This document shows, piece by piece, positions 55,916 to 64,000 of a DNA stretch of 64,000 bases; the first letter of the stretch is position 1; each line of letters begins with the position of its first letter. The notes beneath the pieces were generated by a model that was not told the DNA's origin, did not search any database, and saw nothing but the letters and a program-made list of their open reading frames with translations. Made by a program: the position numbers and the translations under genes. The stretch is from Nemertoderma westbladi (taxonomy: Eukaryota > Animalia > Xenacoelomorpha): NCBI GenBank assembly GCA_032718475.1, contig JAUCBJ010001188.1, positions 1 to 64,000 on the forward strand. Reading direction: 5' to 3'.

Positions 55916-56004
55916 AAAAAATGCTAATTCGGATGGGTTTCGAGCCCAGTAAATAAATAATAACATAGCTCCTGCCTGTGCTCTTCCGACTGAGCTAAAA
56001 TTTC
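55916..56004 (-). ncRNA. tRNA-derived A-box/B-box element
   Basis: Minus strand TAGCTCAGTCGGAAGAGC ... GGGCTCGAAACCC ... TTTTTT. Confidence 0.5.
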
Positions 56005-56374
56005 GCACTTTTATAAGGCAGTGATTTTTTATGTCCTTTTATTTGACTTTTTTTGTCATTTTTTTTTACGAATTATGCATAATGACTTTTGTTGTCCTTT
56101 TAATGACTTTTATTGTCCTTTTAATGACGTTTTATGTATGTATTTCTTCAAACTGTCAGACAGCTGATTTCTGGACTGTCAGACAGTTGATTTCACTATG
56201 CCTGTGCCAAAACATTCCATGATTCCATGATTTATAGACTATGAGATAGATTTCCATATGCGCCTGTGGTAAAAAGACTCTATATTTAATAGTTTGTGGT
56301 TGTTGTCGATAATCGATTACAACATGACGTAGCAAAACACTCATTTTATAGCCAAAAACAATTACCAATTGATG

Positions 56375-56728
56375 GAAAGGAGCAGGTTAAGGCCGAGTTT
56401 TCTAACCAAAACAATAAACAGTCACTTTACCAAATCAGGGAAAGGAGCAGGTTACAGAGAGTTTTCTAACCAAAACAATAAACGATCACTTAACTAATTG
56501 AGGGAAAGGAGCAGGTTACAGAGGCGGGATTTTCTAACCAAAACAATAAACGATCACTTAACTTATTGAGGGAAAGGAGCAGGTTACAGAGGCGGGATTT
56601 TCTAACCAAACCTATAAACGATCGTTTAACTAATTGAGGGAAAGGGACAGGTTACAGAGGCGGAATTTTCTAACCAAAACAATAAACGATCATTTAACTA
56701 ATTGAGGGAAAGGATCAGGTTACAGAGA
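56375..56728. repeat. 68-bp tandem repeat, ~5 copies
   Basis: gagggaaaggagcaggttacagaggcgggattttctaaccaaaacaataaacgatc at a 68-bp period. Confidence 0.92.
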
Positions 56729-57789
56729 CGATAAAACTAATACAGTAATAGGCCTAAATTATGTGAAAGGTATATCCACATTTTCCACAATCCTGCAATC
56801 CTTGAAGGTTGATTAAAGACCTTGACCCGCTATCTTTTTGTAAATTTAATAGAAATTTGTAAACATGCGCATATTTTTATTTATTATTTTTTATTTTTTA
56901 TTTTTTTTTTTATTATTTTTGTGAATCCTAACAATCAATTTTTATTGTGAATATTTTATTGCACATAGCTTACTGTTTACTGTACCCTTGTATTTATTTT
57001 ATTTTATATTTTCAGCACTGCTTCTGTCTATTCTACTGCACCGTTTTATGCTTTTTTATTTTGAATGTAAATATGATATCTTTATTCACTGCACCAAATT
57101 TATTTATTATTTTTTTTTATCAATTTTCAGAAATTCGTAGACTATGACATTGTTGAGTTAATTTTAATTTTATTTTGTAGAATATATTTCTGTATTTTTG
57201 TGTAATTTTAGAGCCTGCTCGGGCAACCATAAGTGTTTAATTTTTAATAACCTGGTTGTTTTCTCTCCTCATGTACTTTTAATTTAATTTTTATAAATAC
57301 ATAGAGTGATAATAATAATAATAATAATCCAGTTTGGCCTATCAATTATTTAAAATTTATTAGCACAACCGGTAGGTAGGCCTTTGTTATGTAAGAGTTT
57401 TAACAAATTACTAGAAAAATACCAACAATAACCAATATACAAGGATACAAATTGCAACAAATTACAGTATTGTAGTGTTGCTGTTTAGACCAAAAACAAA
57501 AATATTAAATATTTCTTTAAAAAAAATATTTAATTAAATTTTATTGGAGATATACTGTATATTGAACAACCTGTTGTCAGACCCTAGGACAGTATTCGGA
57601 ACTGCTGATTTTCTGGACTACTGCAGAATTACCAGTACGGTATTAGAGCATTTTATATATTATAATTTGGAATCATTGTACGACATAACTTCAATACATT
57701 ATTACTGTTCTGGTCGTATAGCCTTGTTATTATTATTATTGCTTTTTTCCCCTCGATATATCGATAGCAGTTATCTGGGACCTTTACAC

Positions 57790-57807
57790 TGGTGACCCAG
57801 ACGAGAT
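57790..57807 (+). other. tRNA-Trp primer-binding site
   Basis: TGGTGACCCAGACGAGAT versus the known Trp PBS TGGTGACCCCGACGTGAT (16/18). Confidence 0.85.
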
Positions 57808-57842
57808 TCCTTCAAACTTTCTGACTTTCAGACTTTAGAACA

Positions 57843-60556
57843 ATGGCTAATCATCGGATCCACACCCGCCTTTCTCATTACAACAACCCACAATTTGGTT
57901 CAGACAACTCGAGGCATATTTCACAATGGAGAAAATCGAGGAAGAAAATAAAATCAACCTACTGTTTACGTTGCTCCCGACGGAACAGGCCGCGATCATC
58001 GCTTCTGGGGAAACTAAAACCTACGAGGAAGCAAAGGATTTGTTGAAAAACTCCCTGGGCGAATCGAAATACGACTTAATCCGGAAAGCAATCGCAACAT
58101 TTACCTTATCGGAAGGCGAAAGACCATCCTTAGCAGTCCAAAAACTTAAACTTCTTGCTAACGCTGCAGAGATGCCAGAGCAAAATGAGAAAGAGATTAT
58201 CGCCCGGTTATAGAAGCGATACCAAACGCTTCCGCCAAGAGTGCTCTCGCTACACAAGCGGAGAATAGTTTGGAAGATTTCCTAAAGATCGCAGACACCG
58301 TAGTCGCTGCCACAGCTACCGGATCCGCCGGATCGCCACATCCACAAGGCCATTAGAGGTTTAGACCCAAGCACTTTCCCATACTACGACGACATAATCG
58401 TTGGCTCCGCTAATATGGAAATACACAAAGTTCACCTAAAACAACTCTTTATACGTCTACAAGAACACGATTTACACGTAAACCTGTCAAAGTTCACATT
58501 TGCTGTCCCTGAAATCGATTTTTTGGGTTTTCGCATTGATACCAACGGAGTTTCACCATCTCCCACTAAAGTTGCTGAAATATCCCAACTTTCCACCCCT
58601 ACTTGTTACAAAGAACTACGTAGCCGTCTCGGGGCCATAAACTTTTATCGCCGATTCCTACCGAGAGCCGCTGAAACTCTAATCCCTCTACAGACATTGC
58701 TCAACGAGACACAACCCAGGAGAGGAGTTGTTCCACAGTTTACTTAGAAACCTGAGCATGATTCTGCCTACCTAACAATTCTTCAAACTCTACAACAGCG
58801 AATCGTATTGGTACATCCTCCCCCCAATACAAACGAACTTACGCTAACGAGTGACGCCTCAGAAGCTGCGATTGGTGCAGTTTTGGAAGCAAATGGTAAA
58901 CCACTCGGATTCTTCTCCCGACGACTCAGTCCCACTGATTCAAAACGCTCCGCCTTTGAGCACGAACTTCTCGGTTTAGCGAGTGCAGTCCTCCACTTCC
59001 GACCATACATCGAGTCTATTCGCACTCTAGCCTATACGGATCACCAACCTATCGTTGCTGCATTAGGCAAATCATGCGATCCTCCCGCACATTGGCAAAA
59101 TCGTCGCCTAGCAACCATTTCCGAATATGTCGACGAGGTACGATATATTCCCAGTTCAGCAAACGTTGTCGCCGACTCCCTTTCTCGGCCACCAAACTTT
59201 CCTACCAACAATCCTACATCACCAGTAAACAGCGGACAAAACTCTGAAACTGAAACTATTTTCAATATCACCATTGACGTCTGCAATTTTCCTGCCATAT
59301 ATGCTGCTCAACAGCAAGAGGAACTTCCTCCCAATCTCACTCCTATGCCATTCGGGGATGTTTCTCTAGCCTGTGATGTAAACTCCTCCCACCCCCGCCC
59401 TTATATTCCAGCTTGTCTCCGTGAGAATATCTTCAACCAAACTCATAATATTTCTCACCCTGGCCGCACTGCTACCCAGAGACTAATACTTTCACAATTC
59501 TATTGGCCACACGCCAAGAATGACATAAAGAAATGGGTTCGCGAGTGTCAGAACTATCAGAAAGCCAAGATTATTCGACACATACACACACCATCAGAGC
59601 CTATGCCAATTGTAACAGAGAGATTGGATATCGTCCATATCGATATCGTGGGGCCATTACCAACGATCAACAGATATTCATATTTACTGACTGCCATAGA
59701 TAGATTTTCTGGATGGCCCGCTGCAGTTCCCCTGACAGATATTCTAACTACAACCATTGCTACAGCCTTCATCAATGGATGGATTTCACTTTTCGGAATT
59801 CCACTGCATGTTATTTCGGATCGTGGAAGCCAATTCGAATCCGATTTATTTAAGAAAATCGCTACTAACCTCGGATATGTCCGTATTCGCACAACAGCTT
59901 ACCACCCACAAACAAATGGCATGATCGAACGCTTACACCGCCGTCTGAAAGACGCCATCAAGGCCCGCGATTCGGATTGGCTGCACTCAATTTCGTCCAT
60001 CCTTTGGGTTATTCGAAATACTCCTAACGAATCTAAACCTTCCCCTATTACATTACTGACTGGCGAAGCTCCCCGTTTCCCCACGAAGTTGATTAGTTAC
60101 ACGCCAACCGACCATCCCTCTATTGTTGACAAACTCTGCCAATATTTCGATCCAACCAATCATATCCATCGCCAACCCCAGCCAATAGAACGCGCCGAAA
60201 TTCGCTCCCATCTACCGCCCAACACTGATAAAGTTTGGCTGAGAATCGACAGCGTACGTCGCCCTCTAGAGGCTCCATACACTGGCCCTTACCCTATAGT
60301 GGAAGATAAAGGTTCAACTGTGGTTATCGAGAAGAATGGTAAACAACAGACAGTCAGTGTTTCCCGCCTCAAACAGTTCATACCAAAACAAACCCTTCCT
60401 TCACCACATCTAGAATTACCAATCCATACAAACCACGTCAAACCACCAAACCCAACTTCAGGGCTTCGTTCTTGTTTACACACAGCTAACCCATTGCGAA
60501 CTCGTTCTGGGCGAGTCGTTATATCTACCAAGGACAATGCGTATCATTATTATTAG
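57843..60556 (+). pseudogene. Gypsy gag remnant, partial RT, RNase H and integrase
   Basis: gag WFRQLEAYF-like region, YYDD and IDFLG, TSDAS..ELL..TDH, HNISHPG..HIDIVGP..SDRGSQF..ERLHR. Contains stops; protease and most of RT are deleted near 58330. Confidence 0.9.
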
Positions 60557-61026
60557 AAACTGAAAGTAAATTATAGGGTTGTTTTCAGCATGAAATGACA
60601 CATTAAATATATTTATTTTTGTTTTAAACCGCTAGAAACTGCTCCGCCTCTAAAGGGAAGGCTGTGTAGTGGTGCTGTTTAGCCCAAAAACAAAAATATT
60701 AAATATTTCTTTAAAAAAAATATTTAATTAAATTTTATTGGAGATATACTGTATATTGAACAACCTGTTGTCAGACTGTAGGACAGTATTCGGAACTGCT
60801 GATTTTCTGGACTACTGCAGAATTACCAGTACGGTATTAGAGCATTTTATATATTATAATTTGGAATCATTGCAGTTATCTGGGACCTTTACAGTATACT
60901 CTACATACACTTCAACAATAACAAAGTGAGAAATAACAGTTGTAAGAGTTTTAACAAATTACTAGAAAAATACCAACAATAATAACATGGTAACTGGTTA
61001 AGTTTGAGTTAAATTGAGTTAATCCG

Positions 61027-63897
61027 CTACATAGCTAGGTATGGACTCTTCCCAGATTGAGAGCCTAGGCGGTCAACAACCTTACTTACAGTTCTCTGGC
61101 TTGAAAATGGCGCCCAATGGTGTTTGATACCAGCCAGCTCACACCCATCTCGATAAATTCGATCAGCCTCATTTACAATTTCGGTAGATAGTGCTAGTGC
61201 AAGAGATGGCAGCATCCAAGCCAGTTTAGCTCTTCTCATAAGGGTCTCAGATCCTTGACCGCCATCCTTCTGGTGGCATCTCACACAGTTATAAAAACTT
61301 TCCGCAATTGCCTCTGGTCCCCCCCTTTGATAAAGCAACGTCTAACAACAGACAGCCTTCCGGGCTTTGCATGTACAGATCTTCCTGGTGATAGAATGAT
61401 TCATAGAGTTCTTCCTCTTGTAGTTTTACTATGCTTTTTTTGATTTTTTTTAGTTTTACTGAAGCTAACTGTTTTAGATCGTCATCCAATTCGTAAGCTT
61501 CTCTTGCAGTCCATATATACCGGTCTACAGCATCCCGACCCAAGTCATCAGTCACAAGCAATCCTTCCAATAGCTCAACTCCTTGGTAAACTCCTCCTGG
61601 CTTAAGTTCTTCTTCTTCAATGGCTGCACTTAACCGCCTACAAACTTTCCATCCTTCAACTGAGCAATTGTCTAAGTGACTAATCAACAACTTTAATTTC
61701 CAGAATGGGGTTGCAAGATTTTGACATTTTGCCATCAATATCTTGATTGGCTCTATAATATCAATAAATCCCAAAAGATCGTAAACAAAATCAAAACCAG
61801 CAATCATGTATGTACTGCTGCTGCTCGAGGTGTGATCGGTTCTGATTGAGAAGGTCGAATGCTTTCCAATAAGCAGAAAAGCCCTTAAAAATTTATTCCC
61901 ATTGAAGGTAGCTTGAGGAAAAAAACCGTTGCATGCCAAACGATATTGGTATCTTTGCAAGCTGGTCCACAGATTCAAGGAAGGCAAATCCCTTTCCACG
62001 CCCTAGAATTATATGAAAAATATTGCATCTGGTCACAAATCGTTTAAAATGATTAGATGATATTGACTTATCTCGAGCATCTTCAACAACCAAATCTAAC
62101 AGGTGGGCATGGTCCCGAGTAATGGGAAGGTCAATGGCATTATATTCATTAATACCAACACCAACATCAGAGATATCAAATAGTTCATATAGAGTTGCTC
62201 TAAATTGTCTATCCTGGTATGGGCCATCTGCAGCAACTCCATAAAGTTGCTTCAGAGCTCTTTGACCAAGGCAGGTGTTAAGGGAATCATATAAAATATG
62301 TGCACTATGCTCTGATGTGGCAGGGCCAGGAGAGTCTATATCGTAGACAGCAGGGGCAGCTATAGGTATGGCAGATGGCTGTCCGAGTGCAATAATTATT
62401 ATGGCTTGAGTCATAACTCTGGCATTGCTAGACTTATCAACAGTAACCCAAAAATGTGGTGGAGCTAATGTTGACTTCAATGGAGTTGCAATCCATGAAG
62501 CAGTCTTCTGATCTACAACATACTCCACAGCCTTCAGCAAATCTCCCATTTGTTTTCTGGAATGTCAAACTAGACCAATTTCGGCACCACATATGTCAAG
62601 GAAAGAGATCAGGGTTTCGAAATGCTGATCTGCTGCAAGCATTTGGATATCAGTTATTGCAGCTCTTACAAGGTTGCAGAAAACTAAGTGATCTCTATCC
62701 AATCTGGTGTCTTTTATCTTCTTCTCTTCCACAGCTTTCTTATATATACCTTTGAGCCCGCTCCAATAAATGAACAATGATTGATACACCTATGTTTCTG
62801 GTGATAGAAGTACTCATTGTGTCCACTAATCAACGACTGGGTTTTCTCCTTACTTAACATTAACACAGTATTTAATGTGCCAACACTTCCAGCTGTGTTA
62901 ATTGCACACTGGGCATTATATGCTGAAAGTTTGGTTATGGATGGTCTTGACAGCATAATACTCGAAGCATGGCTCGCATCTCAGCACTCCTTCTTCACTA
63001 ACTTCATCATAAAAGAATTTATATATACCACCACTACTTTCCACCAAAGTGTAAGTAAATGTCTATAGCTTGCTTCATCTCAGCAAGTCTTGAACTAGAT
63101 TCTTGATTTAGTTCTGCCATGGCCTGTGGTTTGATAGACACAACTTTGTCAAGTCTCTCAGTTAGCTGCTTTACCATATCATAGGTCTTTCTAGGTAGAT
63201 CTAAATTATCTTCATTTTCAGTATGATTGGTAATGGATGATCCAGCTGTCACTGTTACGTATTGTATCAACATTGGGTGTGAATGTGTAGCTGAGGTTGA
63301 CAGAGTACCGGTAGTAGTGCTTAGACTGGGTTCAACTGGTTCTTGTGGATGAATGCCACTCGATGTGCCATATGTGCCATATGACACTGGCACTGTTACT
63401 ATAGGTGTGAGTGTGTCACTGGTTCTCATGCCTGAGGTTCCTTGGACAGAACTGCTTTGAATTGCACTTCTTGGTTTCGGTTCAATACTGGCTGAATCCA
63501 AAGTATACTTTCGCTTTATGGCTTTAGCTTCACTGGATGATGCTGGAACAATGGTGCACTTTGACTTATCACTGTGCCATCGCTGCTTGTGGCGGGTAAC
63601 AGAGGATTGATTGTTCCTGGATATGTATGAGAACTGAGCATCCTTTGGCTTTTTATTAAGATGGTATCTCAAGCACTCCAAGCACACATATTTGTTAGAT
63701 TCAGAAACTTCTCCAGATACGGCACCTTTAACTGAACGTTGTCCTTATGACTCTCTCTCCTTTTCAGTGGACAATGACACAACTGATTCAACTGTCAAAT
63801 GAGCAGATGTTAGTGATTGCTGACTAGCAACATAAGAGTACAAAAAAAATGAACTTAAGGAAGATTGTATAGCATACTCTGAATCCGAGTCTGCCAT
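61027..63897 (-). pseudogene. Degenerate hAT-like DDE transposase with BED-type zinc finger
   Basis: CLEC..RHKQRWH, WVTVDKS, AADGPY, DHAHLLDL, EAIAESFY; many frameshifts and stops. Confidence 0.7.
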
Positions 63898-64000
63898 TTG
63901 TGTTAAATTAAAATAATAATAATAAAACTGCAAACAGACAAAATTATATTAAAATGATAAAGGACAATAGAATTAGAGTTGTAATTAAATTGAATGTTGT

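Larger units (their letters stand above)
57471..60893 (+). mobile_element. Ty3/Gypsy LTR retrotransposon, internally deleted
   Basis: LTRs TG...CA at 57471-57788 and 60665-60893 (the 3' LTR has a ~90-bp deletion), TSD GTAT, PPT AAAGGGAAGG at ~60652. Confidence 0.93.

Noticed and set aside
57390-60981. 40-bp direct repeats (57390 and 60941) as a giant TSD of the Gypsy element
   Set aside because: They do not abut the LTRs and the real TSD is GTAT. They are a pre-existing tandem repeat split by the insertion.

Overview
This is a eukaryotic (probably invertebrate animal) window made almost entirely of nested mobile elements, with no recognisable host gene. In order: (1) a BEL/Pao LTR retrotransposon on the minus strand (1-~13238; its 3' LTR lies outside the window); (2) fragments of RTE-like and CRE-like non-LTR elements; (3) a Polinton/Maverick (adintovirus-like) element with both termini, 15301-47567, with AGTAGT...ACTACT ends, long TIRs and a 6-bp TSD. 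It encodes a RING protein, packaging ATPase, integrase, two minor capsid proteins, major capsid protein, adenain protease, pPolB and, unusually, a TATA-binding-protein (TBP) homologue. (4) Inside the Polinton is a second, RT-deleted BEL/Pao element (18341-32962) with 1.9-kb near-identical LTRs, TA...TA ends, a 5-bp TSD, a tRNA-like Pol III cassette in each LTR and no recognisable tRNA primer-binding site. (5) A CR1/L2-type LINE with a 2A-like motif is inserted in a 31-bp satellite. (6) A deleted Ty3/Gypsy element lies next to a degenerate hAT transposase. The best novelty candidates are the Polinton TBP, a 3' accessory module shared by both BEL elements (relic PPT, conserved RNA structure, zinc-knuckle ORF), the unusual termini and priming of BEL-2, and a hairpin motif dispersed nine times through BEL-2. 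All calls come from reading motifs by eye; no database searches were run.
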